A stretch of 64,000 bases of DNA from Leptolyngbyaceae cyanobacterium T60_A2020_046. GTDB lineage: Bacteria > Cyanobacteriota > Cyanobacteriia > Phormidesmidales > Phormidesmidaceae. Below the pieces are notes generated by a model that did no database searches, had not been told where the DNA came from, and saw only the letters and a list, made by a program, of their open reading frames with translations. The DNA is taken from NCBI GenBank assembly GCA_015272155.1, contig JACYME010000077.1, forward strand, positions 2,404 to 66,403. The letters run 5' to 3'. Shown in pieces: positions 11,417 to 21,432 of this stretch (position 1 is its first letter; each line of letters starts with the position of its first letter). The translations under genes were made by a program, and so were the position numbers.

Positions 11417-11607
11417 CATGTCTTGGGGGCGGCGGGGTTGGGCGATCGCGAAGTGCGGGTGATTGCCCAATTGGGTATGGAGTGGAGCGGGATAACCAAT
11501 ATCTGGGCGATCACGCCCCGTTCCGACCTTTCCCACTCCTGAGCCTTCCGAGATATCGTAGACTATGACAAGTGCTGTGATATGGCGTGAGAGTAGAGGC
11601 TTAAGTC

Positions 11608-11718
11608 ATGGAAGTTAACAATCTAGGTTTTGTTGCGAGCATTTTGTTCGTTTTAGTTCCTACGGTGTTCTTGTTGATTCTCTATATCCAAACCTCCAGT
11701 AAGCAAACGGGGTCGTAG
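11608..11718 (+). CDS. psbM: Photosystem II reaction centre protein M
   Basis: Manual translation gives [36 protein letters not shown] (36 aa), the conserved PsbM sequence. It is below the ORF-track cut-off. Confidence 0.85.
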   Translation: MEVNNLGFVASILFVLVPTVFLLILYIQTSSKQTGS

Positions 11719-11900
11719 GGGATGCAAGTGTGAATGAGTGCTTGGGGGTTATTTGCAAAAGCGTCATGATACTTCCCAAAGCACTCAATTTCATCCAAGA
11801 CTTTCTCCCTGCCAACAACGGTTGCTGGTGTGTAAAGTCGTGTTGCTCAACGGTAGGCATGCGCGATCATGCGACCACTATCTAGGCTTGGGTGAGTGTA

Positions 11901-11932
11901 AAAGCGCTGGGGTTGCTCCTAGCGCTTTTATT
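11901..11932 (+). terminator. Candidate terminator downstream of psbM
   Basis: aagcgct / agcgctt 7-bp stem with a loop of about 12 nt, followed by ttatt. The T-tract is weak. Confidence 0.4.
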
Positions 11933-12121
11933 GTGGAGTGGAAAAAGTAACGGTTCTGGCATTCAATCACCGCGACTTTGCGCTAACCATACGGGAACGT
12001 TAAAGGTAGAGGCTCATGGGTCTGCCGCAAGCTGAGCAGTAGGGTGCGGACGGTTTAGCCCCTTGCCGCAGTCAACCTCTATCTTTTTTGATGGCAATTG
12101 CTAGTGTTTGCAGAAAAATCG

Positions 12122-12898
12122 ATGACCTACTGTTTGGGGATTTCAGTTCGAGAGGGGTTGGTGCTTGCAGCAGACTCGCGGACGAATGCTGGGGTAGACT
12201 ACATCTCCTCCTATCAAAAACTGTTTGATTTTTCAGTGCCGGGCGATCGCGTTCTCATTTTGTGTACCTCTGGCAATCTATCGATTACCCAAGCAGTGCT
12301 GCACGTCATTGAGCGCGACATTGTTGTCAATGCTGACATCAACTTGCATACGCTATCAACGCTGTATGACGTAGCGCGTTATGTGGGCAGTTGCATTCGT
12401 AAATTGCAGGATCTTGATCGTCCCTGGCTTGAGAAAGATCGCATCGATTTTCAGTGCAGCTTTTTGCTCGGCGGTCAGATTCGGGGAGAGGCTCCGCAAC
12501 TGTACTTGATTTATAGCCAGGGCAACTGCATCCGGGCGACGCCGGAAACGCCCTTTTTGCAAATTGGAGAAACAAAGTATGGCAAGCCCATTCTTGATCG
12601 CACTTTGACCTTTGATTCTGCGTTGGATGCGATCGCCAAGTGTGCGCTGCTGTCCATTGATTCGACCATGCGCTCGAATCTGTCCGTTGGCCCTCCCATA
12701 AACATGGTGCTGTACAAAGCCGATAGTTTTGCCATTTCCCACCGGGCGCAGTTTCAGGCTGGGGATCCCTACCTGATTAAAATGCGAAAACACTGGGAGC
12801 TTGCCCTCCGCAAAGCCGCAGAGCGAATGCCGGATATTGATTGGAATCAGCTTTCAGTCCCTGTGACGCCCAGCTTGTCGGATATTGCTCAGCCCTAG
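12122..12898 (+). CDS. Anbu-type bacterial proteasome homologue (peptidase T1 family, Ntn hydrolase)
   Basis: The N-terminus MTYCLGISVREGLVLAADSRTNAGVD places Thr directly after Met, with no propeptide, as in Anbu. The start is set at the internal ATG. Confidence 0.7.
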   Translation: MTYCLGISVREGLVLAADSRTNAGVDYISSYQKLFDFSVPGDRVLILCTSGNLSITQAVLHVIERDIVVNADINLHTLSTLYDVARYVGSCIRKLQDLDRPWLEKDRIDFQCSFLLGGQIRGEAPQLYLIYSQGNCIRATPETPFLQIGETKYGKPILDRTLTFDSALDAIAKCALLSIDSTMRSNLSVGPPINMVLYKADSFAISHRAQFQAGDPYLIKMRKHWELALRKAAERMPDIDWNQLSVPVTPSLSDIAQP

Positions 12899-12983
12899 CG
12901 GGGCATTGCCCCGGTGTATCAACCCAACCCTGATTGCCGAATATCTGACCACACTGCCTTGCCGTCCGTTGTGCGGTGGTGGG

Positions 12984-15260
12984 TTAAGCCGTGTGCATGG
13001 GGAGGGGCTGAACGAGGGCGCTCTGCTTGAGGCTGCCAAGGGCTTGGGTGATTTGTGCCAAGGTGCGGTGTTCACCTTGGGCATGGAGCAGAGCGGCGGC
13101 GGATTCTAGATCTGCGATTGCCCGTTGACGATCGCCCTGCTGTCGATACGCTGCCGCTCGATAGCAGTAGGGCACGGCATTTTGGGCATCGCGCTGAATG
13201 GTTTGGGTATAGTCGGCGATCGCCCGCAGCCTATCTCCAGCCTTTTGGTGGGCACAGCCTCGATAAAAGACTGGGATCGGTGATGTTGGAGCCGCGATCG
13301 CGGCTTGGTCGAAGTCAGCCACCGCATCGCCATAGCGGCCTTGCTGGAGGTGGAGCCAGCCCCGGTTGCAGCGGGCCGCAAACTGGTGGGGATTAATCGA
13401 AATTGCCTGACCAAAGTCCTCAAAAGCACGTTGATAATGCTGTTGATCGCACCAGATCACGCCCCGGTTGTTGAGGGCCACGGCATCGTCTGGTGCAATG
13501 CGCAGCACCTGGGTATAGTCCGCGATCGCGCCATTCGGATCCCGCAGATCATACCGAGTGACTGCACGGTTGAAGAATGCGACAGCATCCTCCGGTGCAA
13601 GGGTGGGGTCGTCGAATCGTTGCAGCAGCCGATCAATGATGTCGATTTCGGTGGTGCGCAGGCGCAGATCCAGGCTGGGGAAGGTACTGCTTGCCGCCGG
13701 AAGGGCGTGCAGGCCGACGATCGCATAGGCGCGATCGCACACCAAAAACTGCTCATCCGTTCCCAAAATCTTGAACCTAAACGTGTTGGGATATCCCTCC
13801 TTCAAGGGCAACAGTTGATTAAGGGCGGTTTTGAGAAGCTGCCGCTGGCTCGACACCAGCCGCCACTGTTGGGCCATGCGACTTAGGAGCTTGCCTTCTC
13901 GGCGATCGCCTGGATGACACCAACCAATTTCGAGCCGACACTGGCGACTCAATAATCCCCCAAACCGCGCCACCAGCGCCTCATCCAACTCTGCCGCCGC
14001 TGACCACGGCCAGACCAACACCACGCGATCAGTCGCGTCTTCCAGGGCTTGGAAGAGGGCGTGATCGATGGCTGACCACGCCCCCGCCGATTGCCCTTGA
14101 AACGCAGAGAGCCACTGAACGCCCGCGATCGCCTCAGTGGTCGTTGTGGACTGGGTCGGGCTAACACGACTCAGCAAGCTTCCCGAGCGAGCTGGGGCAA
14201 GCTGCTTTTGCTGCTCCGCCAACTCCTGGGTCGCCTGCTCCAGCGTGGCAAGTTGCCATTGCAGGCTACTGAGGTAGGTTGCCGTAGTGCCGCGAATTTC
14301 ATCAGTAATGTCAAAGGGCACGGAAATGTCGTCGAGTCGGCCTTCCATTTGCTCTAAAGCGCTGGACAGTCGCTGAATTTCCAGTTCTAGAGTGCGAACA
14401 TGTGCGGCTTCGTGACCATTCTGGGGTGCGCCGAGGCCGTGGGCTCCGTCTATCTGGCGTCGCAGGCTATCTTGGGCATCGAGAATCGCTTTAAACTTAT
14501 CGTTGAGGACGGCAAATTCTCGACGCGGCACTAAATCCCCCATCGCCCGAATAAGCTCACGAACCTCGCTCTTTAGTAGATGCGGATCGCTCTGGCTGGG
14601 GAATTGTCGCAGGCGTCGATCAAGATGGCGAATCGCGTCCTGAAGAGTAGCCTGGGTGGTTTTGCTTTCACTATTGAGGGTTTCAAGGTTTACCCTCAGT
14701 TGCATCAGCTCGGTTTTCATTTGGGCAACATCGGCCTCGGTTGCCTCAAACCGGGGCAGGTGATACAGGCGCTGGACGTGGGTGCTGACCTTGTTGAGGT
14801 TGGAAGCAATGTAGGTGTACTGATCTTGGAGTTGGGCGATGTCTTGATAGAGGTGGCTCAGGTCAGGACTTTCGAGGGATTGAATGCGGCGCTCAACATC
14901 TTGCCGCAAGCGGTTGAGGGACTGCGAAAACCGCACCACAGCGCGATCGCTGTGGGCCATTGCCGATCGCTGGAGGTTGGTGAGCATGTCGGGGCTGGGG
15001 AGCGCTGAGACGCGATCGCGCACCTCTGTAATGCGCGTACTCACACGATGTTCCAAATCCTGCAACCCTTCTTCTGATTGCTGCATAACGCGCTCTAGGC
15101 GGCGTTGATTCATGAGCCCAATCGCAACCAGTGCCGTGATAGGGAAGGATGCGATCGCGGCGTTTTGTGTCGCGAGGGAGGCCACAGCCCCGGCCCCTGA
15201 CCCAAGCAATAGGGAATAGTCAGCAAGATGAGACCAGCGACGATGACTCACAGGATGCAC
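12984..15260 (-). CDS. Large membrane-anchored coiled-coil / TPR-repeat protein of unknown function
   Basis: 758 aa with four parts: an N-terminal hydrophobic segment, a heptad-rich region of about 300 aa, a central region of unknown fold, and C-terminal TPR repeats (AFFNRAVTRYDLRDPNGAIADYTQVLRIAPDDAVALNNRGV... repeated about 5 times). Confidence 0.75.
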   Translation of the reverse strand: MHPVSHRRWSHLADYSLLLGSGAGAVASLATQNAAIASFPITALVAIGLMNQRRLERVMQQSEEGLQDLEHRVSTRITEVRDRVSALPSPDMLTNLQRSAMAHSDRAVVRFSQSLNRLRQDVERRIQSLESPDLSHLYQDIAQLQDQYTYIASNLNKVSTHVQRLYHLPRFEATEADVAQMKTELMQLRVNLETLNSESKTTQATLQDAIRHLDRRLRQFPSQSDPHLLKSEVRELIRAMGDLVPRREFAVLNDKFKAILDAQDSLRRQIDGAHGLGAPQNGHEAAHVRTLELEIQRLSSALEQMEGRLDDISVPFDITDEIRGTTATYLSSLQWQLATLEQATQELAEQQKQLAPARSGSLLSRVSPTQSTTTTEAIAGVQWLSAFQGQSAGAWSAIDHALFQALEDATDRVVLVWPWSAAAELDEALVARFGGLLSRQCRLEIGWCHPGDRREGKLLSRMAQQWRLVSSQRQLLKTALNQLLPLKEGYPNTFRFKILGTDEQFLVCDRAYAIVGLHALPAASSTFPSLDLRLRTTEIDIIDRLLQRFDDPTLAPEDAVAFFNRAVTRYDLRDPNGAIADYTQVLRIAPDDAVALNNRGVIWCDQQHYQRAFEDFGQAISINPHQFAARCNRGWLHLQQGRYGDAVADFDQAAIAAPTSPIPVFYRGCAHQKAGDRLRAIADYTQTIQRDAQNAVPYCYRAAAYRQQGDRQRAIADLESAAALLHAQGEHRTLAQITQALGSLKQSALVQPLPMHTA

Positions 15261-15586
15261 TCAGCAATAAAGGACTGAAAAAAGACCTGACATCGATTCC
15301 CCGGTCTGTGGCGATCGGGCAACGTTGGGAATGTCCATTGACCAAGCAGGGCCGATCGGCGCATCCCGAATTCCATCGATCTGCGGCGGAATATGACTGC
15401 CTGGGTGGCGCATTACCCCATTTTTCGGATTCGGGAGCGAGGGATCAGGAAAAAGTCAAGTCTCCCGATTGAATTGCCCGCCCCTTCTGGTTCAATCCAT
15501 GCGCAGCATGACATCTGGGCCACTTGCTTCCCCAACCGGCTGGGGCGAATTTCAGTTTTCTGAATCACGCTGAGCGCAGAAGTTGC

Positions 15587-15622
15587 AAAAAAGCCTCGCT
15601 CCCTGTAATCGAGGAACGAGGC
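15587..15622 (-). terminator. Rho-independent terminator downstream of the HtrA gene
   Basis: On the - strand: gcctcgttcc...ggagcgaggc, a stem of about 10 bp, followed by TTTTTT. Confidence 0.75.
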
Positions 15623-15724
15623 GTTCAATAACCGGATGTGATCAGACGATCTGGCAGGGGAAAGGGTTGCGCAATTGAGGGATGGCGCAGGCCCCGTGCT
15701 CTGTTTGATGGATCATGGAGTCCA

Positions 15725-16909
15725 TCAGGCGTCGCCCTTGAGGGCTGCGGTGCGCGCGACGAAGGTCTTCACCTGTTTGCCGCGCTGCACCGTAAGCGTG
15801 AGCGCTTGCCCCACGGTGCTGGCTTCTACCCGAGCCTGCAAGGCATCGGCGGTTGTCACCGCATCACCATTCACCTTGAGAATGACATCCCCGCGCCGCA
15901 AGCCCGCGATCGCGGCGGGGCTGTCTGCCACCACCCGCACCACCAAAACCCCAGCGACTTCGGGGAGCATCATGCCAGAGTTGGGATCATCGTTGTTCCG
16001 CTTCGAGAGTTCTGGCGTAAGGGTCGCAATCTGTACGCCCAGGTAAGGGTGTTCAACGGCTTCGCCCCGCGCCAGTTGCGCCTGAATTTCCTTGGCTTTA
16101 TTGATGGGGATGGCGAACCCAATGCCCATTGCATCAGCCCGAATCGCAGTGTTGATGCCAATCACTTCCCCAGCTTGGTTGATGAGGGGGCCACCGGAGT
16201 TGCCGGGGTTAATGGCGGCATCGGTTTGAATAAATTCCAGTCGCTTGTTGGGAATGCCGACGGATGCGCTCGATCGCTTGAGGGTGCTGACAATCCCCAG
16301 GGTGACGGTGTTGTCGAGCCCGAGGGGGTTACCTACCGCGATCGCCCAGTCACCCACCAAGACCTCATCCGAATTGCCCAAGGGCGCGACGGGCAGGGTT
16401 TCGCTGTCAGCCTCAATTTTCACGACGGCTAAGTCGGTGACTTCATCAACTCCTTCGACGGTGCCATCAAAGGTGCGGCCATCCTTCAGGGTGACGGTAA
16501 CGCGATCAGCCCCATTCACCACGTGGGCGTTGGTGAGAATGTCGCCCGCTGACGTGACGATGAAGCCAGACCCTTGACCCCGCAGCAGCTCTTCCTGCGA
16601 TCGCGGAAAGCCATCCGGCCCCCCAAAAAATCCTCGAAAGAATGGATCGTCAAAGAACAAATCGGGCACCTCGCGCACCACCGTTTTTTCCGTGTCGATG
16701 CGCACCACCGCATCTCCCACACGGCGTACGGCCTGGGCGACAAAGCTATGCCCAGTGTCTAACGCGGCGGCAGTCGCCGTTTGAGCGTGGGCCGTTTGCC
16801 CAAAGGCCGTCAGCGCCGTGACGACGACCAAGCCAATCGCCAAAATGCGGCTCACCAGTTGCCGCCAGGGTTGAAACCACACCATCACAGCCATTGTTCT
16901 TTCTACCAT
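15725..16909 (-). CDS. HtrA/DegP-family serine protease with PDZ domain
   Basis: [19 protein letters not shown] (catalytic His), DLAVVKI (Asp) and GNSGGPLIN (Ser), plus a C-terminal PDZ ([29 protein letters not shown]) and an N-terminal signal anchor. Confidence 0.9.
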   Translation of the reverse strand: MVERTMAVMVWFQPWRQLVSRILAIGLVVVTALTAFGQTAHAQTATAAALDTGHSFVAQAVRRVGDAVVRIDTEKTVVREVPDLFFDDPFFRGFFGGPDGFPRSQEELLRGQGSGFIVTSAGDILTNAHVVNGADRVTVTLKDGRTFDGTVEGVDEVTDLAVVKIEADSETLPVAPLGNSDEVLVGDWAIAVGNPLGLDNTVTLGIVSTLKRSSASVGIPNKRLEFIQTDAAINPGNSGGPLINQAGEVIGINTAIRADAMGIGFAIPINKAKEIQAQLARGEAVEHPYLGVQIATLTPELSKRNNDDPNSGMMLPEVAGVLVVRVVADSPAAIAGLRRGDVILKVNGDAVTTADALQARVEASTVGQALTLTVQRGKQVKTFVARTAALKGDA

Positions 16910-17088
16910 GCAGGTCTACTCCGGGGTTGGCACAGGGTCTGATTGCGGTGAGAACCCGTCCCAAGCACAGCACCGATATTCGTATCCTGTCCTATGCTTA
17001 ATCGCTAGTATAGGGAGGGATATCCGTCGTCTGCAGCGAGATGTCCGCATCATGCGAGCCTCACTGCCGTTGAGTTCTAGGATAATCG

Positions 17089-17496
17089 TTGCCGATGGCA
17101 CGTTTTTGCCCAACATTCAATCAACCCTGGGGGTTTGGCGTTGGCCTGCTGGCGATCGCCAGCCCAATTTTGGTGGGATGTGGCGGTCTAGGCACAGGGG
17201 AAGCGGCTTCCTCCTACGAACAGCGGTTGGCTGAGCATCTGTCCCAAACCAATGCGGTGATGTATGGCGCGTTTTGGTGCCCCCATTGCGCCAGCCAAAA
17301 GGAGCTGTTTGGGGATGCCGCCAGCCAAGTTCCCTATATTGAATGTGACCCCGAAGGAGAAAACGCCCAGCCTGAGCTGTGTCAGGCAAAAGGGATCCCG
17401 GGGTATCCCACCTGGGAAATTGACGGCGAGTTTTATACCGGCACTCGCAGCCTCGAAAATTTGGCAGAACTCTCGAACTTTGTCGCCCCAGAGTAG
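17089..17496 (+). CDS. Thioredoxin-fold lipoprotein resembling the periplasmic Trx-like domain of cyanobacterial VKOR
   Basis: Lipobox LLAIASPILVGC. The CXXC motif sits in AVMYGAFWCPHCASQKELFG...YIECDPEG...GIPGYPTWEIDGEFYTG. Confidence 0.7.
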   Translation: MPMARFCPTFNQPWGFGVGLLAIASPILVGCGGLGTGEAASSYEQRLAEHLSQTNAVMYGAFWCPHCASQKELFGDAASQVPYIECDPEGENAQPELCQAKGIPGYPTWEIDGEFYTGTRSLENLAELSNFVAPE

Positions 17497-17637
17497 GCTG
17501 TATCCCGCGATGTTTAATCCCCCGATGGTTGGCGTCGCTGGCCTTGGTGCAGCGTTGGGGGTTTGGGGCGATCGCGGGTTCGAGGCTCAATTTCCGGCTT
17601 AGTTCTATTCGGTTCACGTTGTTCGGTTCACGGATTC

Positions 17638-18081
17638 ATGACAAACACCATTCGCCCCGAGGGGCACACGAGTTCTTCCGAGGGGAGCTTGAATGGCGGC
17701 AATCCATTGCCCGCTGCCCCCGAGCTTGCCCCCGCCTTGGCCGTAGAACCTACCCACGGTAGCCCTGCCCATCCCCACGATCATTCCCATGGAGCTCATT
17801 CCCACGGTCACGTCCATGACCCGGAATCGCTGCGCCGCATTTTGAACCGCTTTGCTCGCATTGAGGGGCATATTCGCGGCATCAAGGCCATGATTCAAGA
17901 CAGCCGCCCCTGCCCCGATGTGTTGGTGCAAATTGCAGCGGTGCGCGGAGCCCTCGATCGCGTAGCCCGCATTATCCTTGACGAACACTTGAGTGAATGC
18001 GTCAGCCGCGCCGCTGAGGAAGGCAACATTGAGGCGGAAATTGAGCAGCTTAAAGCAGCTTTGGATCGCTTTCTGCCATAA
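17638..18081 (+). CDS. CsoR/RcnR/InrS-family metal-sensing transcriptional repressor with His-rich N-terminus
   Basis: LNRFARIEGHIRGIKAMIQDSRPCPDVLVQIAAVRGALDRVARIILDEHLSEC carries the C...H-x3-C ligand pattern. The N-terminal stretch is HGSPAHPHDHSHGAHSHGHVH. The start is set at the internal ATG. Confidence 0.8.
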   Translation: MTNTIRPEGHTSSSEGSLNGGNPLPAAPELAPALAVEPTHGSPAHPHDHSHGAHSHGHVHDPESLRRILNRFARIEGHIRGIKAMIQDSRPCPDVLVQIAAVRGALDRVARIILDEHLSECVSRAAEEGNIEAEIEQLKAALDRFLP

Positions 18082-18392
18082 CCCACTCCGGTGCACGTCT
18101 TGGTCAAATCCGGATCAAACGCTGCGCCAGTGCCTCAATTGTGGCGGCATTTCGTCCGCTGCCTGTCCGATACGCTGGTTCCTGAAATCGCCCTGCAGAC
18201 GGCGCAAAAACCGAACCCTGCCCCTTGGCATCCTCTGATAGCCTATATTTTACTGGTCGTCATCTGGCATGAAGTGCGTGATGCTTCAGAACGAAAAGGA
18301 TGCATTCTGATCACGCGATCGTCGGATGAATGTCGCGATCGCAGTTTTGACGCAATGTAACCCTGTTGAACCCTGCTCTAGGAGGTCATTGA

Positions 18393-19403
18393 ATGGCTAC
18401 GACTGACTTCAAGGATTACTATTCTGTACTCGGGGTCAGTAAGTCGGCCAGTGCTGATGACATCAAGCGGGCATTTCGCAAGCTGGCCCGCAAGTATCAC
18501 CCAGATGTCAACCCTGGGGACGCTGCCGCCGAGGCAAAGTTCAAGGAAATTAGTGAAGCCTACGAAGTGCTGTCTGACCCAGACAAGCGCCAAAAATACG
18601 ATCAGTTTGGCCGCTACTGGCAACAGGCCGGGCGGCCGGGTGCAGCCTATTCTGGCGTCGGTGATGTAGACGGCTTTGATTTCAGCGCCTACGGCAGCTT
18701 TGATGAGTTTATTAACGAATTGCTGGGTCGCTTTGGCGGCGGCGGCTTTGGTGGCCCAGGCTCTGGGCGATCGGGCTACAGCACCTATCGCACCACTTCC
18801 CGCAGCGGTGGTTTTGGGGATGGCATGGGTGGCTTTGGCACGGCGGCAGAAGCCCCGACGAGCCAGTCCTTTGACCAAGAGGCGACCATTACTCTGAGCT
18901 TTAGCGAAGCCTTTCATGGCACCCGTAAGCGCCTCAAAATTGGGGATGAAGAGGTTGAAGTCCGCATTCCCGCCGGGGCAAAGCAGGGGTCAAAGGTGCG
19001 GCTACGGGGCAAAGGCCAGATGAATCCCTACACTCGTCAGCGCGGCGATATTTACCTGGTGGTGAATTTGCTCACCCATCCCGTGTTTCAGTTTGATGGC
19101 GATAATCTCGTGTGCGAGGTGCCGATCGCGCCCGATGAGGCGGTGTTGGGCGGCAAAATCAACGTCCCCACGCCCGACGGCAGCGTGACGATGAACCTCC
19201 CGGCGGGCATTAAGTCGGGACAGTCGCTGCGGCTGCGGGGCAAGGGATGGCCGAATCCTAAGGGGGGACGAGGCGATCAATTGGTGCGGGTGGTGATTAC
19301 GCCGCCGACCTCGCTGAGTGCGCAAGAACGCCAGCTCTATGAACAGTTACAGACGCAGCGATCGACAGATCCCCGCAGTCATCTGACCCAAGTGCGCCTT
19401 TAA
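18393..19403 (+). CDS. DnaJ-family co-chaperone lacking the zinc-finger domain (CbpA/type II-like)
   Basis: J domain [36 protein letters not shown], a G/F-rich linker, and C-terminal substrate-binding domains. There are no CxxCxGxG repeats. Confidence 0.85.
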   Translation: MATTDFKDYYSVLGVSKSASADDIKRAFRKLARKYHPDVNPGDAAAEAKFKEISEAYEVLSDPDKRQKYDQFGRYWQQAGRPGAAYSGVGDVDGFDFSAYGSFDEFINELLGRFGGGGFGGPGSGRSGYSTYRTTSRSGGFGDGMGGFGTAAEAPTSQSFDQEATITLSFSEAFHGTRKRLKIGDEEVEVRIPAGAKQGSKVRLRGKGQMNPYTRQRGDIYLVVNLLTHPVFQFDGDNLVCEVPIAPDEAVLGGKINVPTPDGSVTMNLPAGIKSGQSLRLRGKGWPNPKGGRGDQLVRVVITPPTSLSAQERQLYEQLQTQRSTDPRSHLTQVRL

Positions 19404-19487
19404 ACAGCAGGGCACGGGTTCCTAGGATGGGGCACGCGCCCTGCCCTTGCCTTGCTCATCGATTGACCTTTACCCGTTTCACCCCCC

Positions 19488-20330
19488 ATGACCAGCTACC
19501 AAGCCGTGCCAGACTACGAACTTGACCAAGAAGCCTGGTGGGTGCAGCGCTGGGTTGACTTGCTGAATAATTATCGCTTCAAAAAGCGTCTGGAGCGAGG
19601 GCGTCGTTATGCCCGCGAAGGCCACATTCTGGATATCGCCTACAAAGGCTCTAAGGTGATGGCTTTGGTGCAGGGAACGGCGGACGATCCCTACAAGCTG
19701 TCGATTTGGCTGGATCCCTTCACGGATGAGGATTGGGCCTACGTGATTGACAGTTTGGCAGAGCACGCGCTGTTTTCGGCTCAACTGCTAGCCGGAGAAA
19801 TGCCCTCGGAGATTGAATCGGTCTTTACCGCCAATGGGCTGAGCCTGTTTCCCTTCAAGTTGGCGGAGGTACATTCTCGCTGCGATTGTCCAGATCCGAA
19901 GAACCCATGCAAGCACATCGCGGCGGTGTATTACCAACTGGGGGATTTCTTCCGGGAAGATCCGTTTATTTTGTTCCAGTTGCGGGGGCGCGATCGCCGT
20001 CAGATTCTAGAAGCGCTGCGGCAAAAGCGACAGCAACAAACCGCTGCGATCGCGCCAGCCCCCCCCACCGATGGCGACATTCCTGCCCCCAGTGCAACTC
20101 CGACAACGGAGGCTTCATCCCCGGTAGATGTGTCTAAGTTTTGGCAGTATGCCGAAGATCTGGATCCATCACTGGTGGTGATCAGCCCTGGTAGCGGCAC
20201 CGTGCTAGATTTGCTCGACAATATCCCCCTGCCTGCCAACGATGCGCGGGTGGTGATGGCCTATCTGCGGGATCTCTATCAGGCGGTTGGGCAGCAGGCG
20301 GTGATGACAGCACTCAGTCCGCCAGAATAG
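19488..20330 (+). CDS. SWIM zinc-finger domain protein
   Basis: The CxC-x(n)-CxH signature lies in HSRCDCPDPKNPCKHIAAVYY. Confidence 0.7.
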   Translation: MTSYQAVPDYELDQEAWWVQRWVDLLNNYRFKKRLERGRRYAREGHILDIAYKGSKVMALVQGTADDPYKLSIWLDPFTDEDWAYVIDSLAEHALFSAQLLAGEMPSEIESVFTANGLSLFPFKLAEVHSRCDCPDPKNPCKHIAAVYYQLGDFFREDPFILFQLRGRDRRQILEALRQKRQQQTAAIAPAPPTDGDIPAPSATPTTEASSPVDVSKFWQYAEDLDPSLVVISPGSGTVLDLLDNIPLPANDARVVMAYLRDLYQAVGQQAVMTALSPPE

Positions 20331-20382
20331 GCGCGATCGCGGCCAGATCACAGCGTCATCAATCACAGCGTCATCAAAACGC

Positions 20383-20440
20383 AAAAACTCCGCGATCGCG
20401 CTGAATGCAAGTTCCCGGCAGACGAATTCGCGGAGTTTTT
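20383..20440. terminator. Candidate bidirectional terminator between convergent genes
   Basis: Perfect 13-bp stem aaaaactccgcga / tcgcggagttttt, with an A-run on one side and a T-run on the other. The loop is long (about 32 nt). Confidence 0.45.
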
Positions 20441-20520
20441 ACTCAAACTCAGGGCAACCTCAAACAACAGCAGCCCAAATAGCCCGGCTTATGACGCACG
20501 GCTCGGTACTGCCCCAAACG

Positions 20521-21297
20521 TTAACGTCCGGCGGTCATGAGTCGCCGCAGCCCTGTCCAGCCGATAATCGTGTAGCCCACCGTGAGTAGCAAGCTGCTGA
20601 CAGAAATGCGGAGGCCAGATTTAATTGCCTCGCGCCGCACTTGTTGCTCAGCCTGTTCGCGGCGAGTCCCGATCTCGGTGGCAATTTGCTGACGGGCTTC
20701 GCCAACCCGCTCTTCCAGAAATGCATTCAGACCTTCTGGATCATCGCGAAATTGTGCGACGGTTTCGGGCAATTGGCCCGACTGAATAGCTTGCTCTAGC
20801 AAGGCTTCGTCTTGGAAAAGCGCTTGCAACTGCTGTTGCTGCTGGGCGACTTCTCCCTGAAGCCGTTGCTCAAGCTGGGTAGAGGCATCGTTGGCTTCGC
20901 GGGTGACCTGGGCCAGGGCTTCTTGGCTGGTCAGGCGAACGGTGTTGATGTGCAAAAAGGTGAGCACCAGGAAAACAAACCCCAGGATGCTGGCTAAGAT
21001 GCAGGCCCAAAACCGGAGATCCGTGAGTAAGCTGCGGGTCTGGGCCATGCGCCCTGAACTGCGATCAACCCAGAAGCCCAAAAGCAAAAGGGCGATGCCG
21101 AAGAGGGGCACGATGCCGCGATCTACAATTTGCGTAGTGAAGTTGAGCTGCCATTGGGGATTGAGGAAGTTCGGCGGCGTTAGCAAAATCACGTAATCCA
21201 GCAAGGCTGAGAGAATCGCTACCGCCCCAACCAGCTTTAGCGAAATTGCGGCCAATGGAGAAATGGAAGAGCTGCTGCTCGGTTTATCGGCGGTCAT
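20521..21297 (-). CDS. Membrane protein with C-terminal coiled coil (HpsJ-like)
   Basis: LKLVGAVAILSALLDYVILLTPPNFLNPQWQLNFTTQIVDRGIVPLFGIALLLLGFW resembles the HpsJ family as I recall it. It is followed by a Q/E-rich coiled coil and a terminal TM helix. Confidence 0.5.
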   Translation of the reverse strand: MTADKPSSSSSISPLAAISLKLVGAVAILSALLDYVILLTPPNFLNPQWQLNFTTQIVDRGIVPLFGIALLLLGFWVDRSSGRMAQTRSLLTDLRFWACILASILGFVFLVLTFLHINTVRLTSQEALAQVTREANDASTQLEQRLQGEVAQQQQQLQALFQDEALLEQAIQSGQLPETVAQFRDDPEGLNAFLEERVGEARQQIATEIGTRREQAEQQVRREAIKSGLRISVSSLLLTVGYTIIGWTGLRRLMTAGR

Positions 21298-21432
21298 AGA
21301 CTTGAGTGGAAACTACAGTTCCTAATTCTGCCCCCTGAGCTGTCCAATGCATCACTTCTTGGCAAGAAAAGCTCGAAAAAATCGAGGCGAAATCGGGGCA
21401 TGTTTAGGATTCCTCTAAGGTGCTGGGTGGGC

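Noticed and set aside
10799-11536. 245-aa - strand ORF
   Set aside because: It lies antisense to the well-supported [2Fe-2S] ferredoxin gene and runs into the psbB promoter region. It is Arg/Pro/His-rich, as is typical of antisense frames in GC-rich DNA.
15638-16432. 264-aa + strand ORF
   Set aside because: It is fully antisense to the HtrA protease gene, which has all three catalytic motifs. The ORF is an artefact of high GC.
17560-17600. tRNA-like GGTTCGAGG string, and similar strings near 8120
   Set aside because: There is no complementary T-stem, acceptor stem or anticodon arm around either string. I found no tRNA anywhere in the intergenic regions I scanned by eye.
18378-18917. 179-aa - strand ORF
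   Set aside because: It is antisense to the J domain and G/F region of the DnaJ-type gene.
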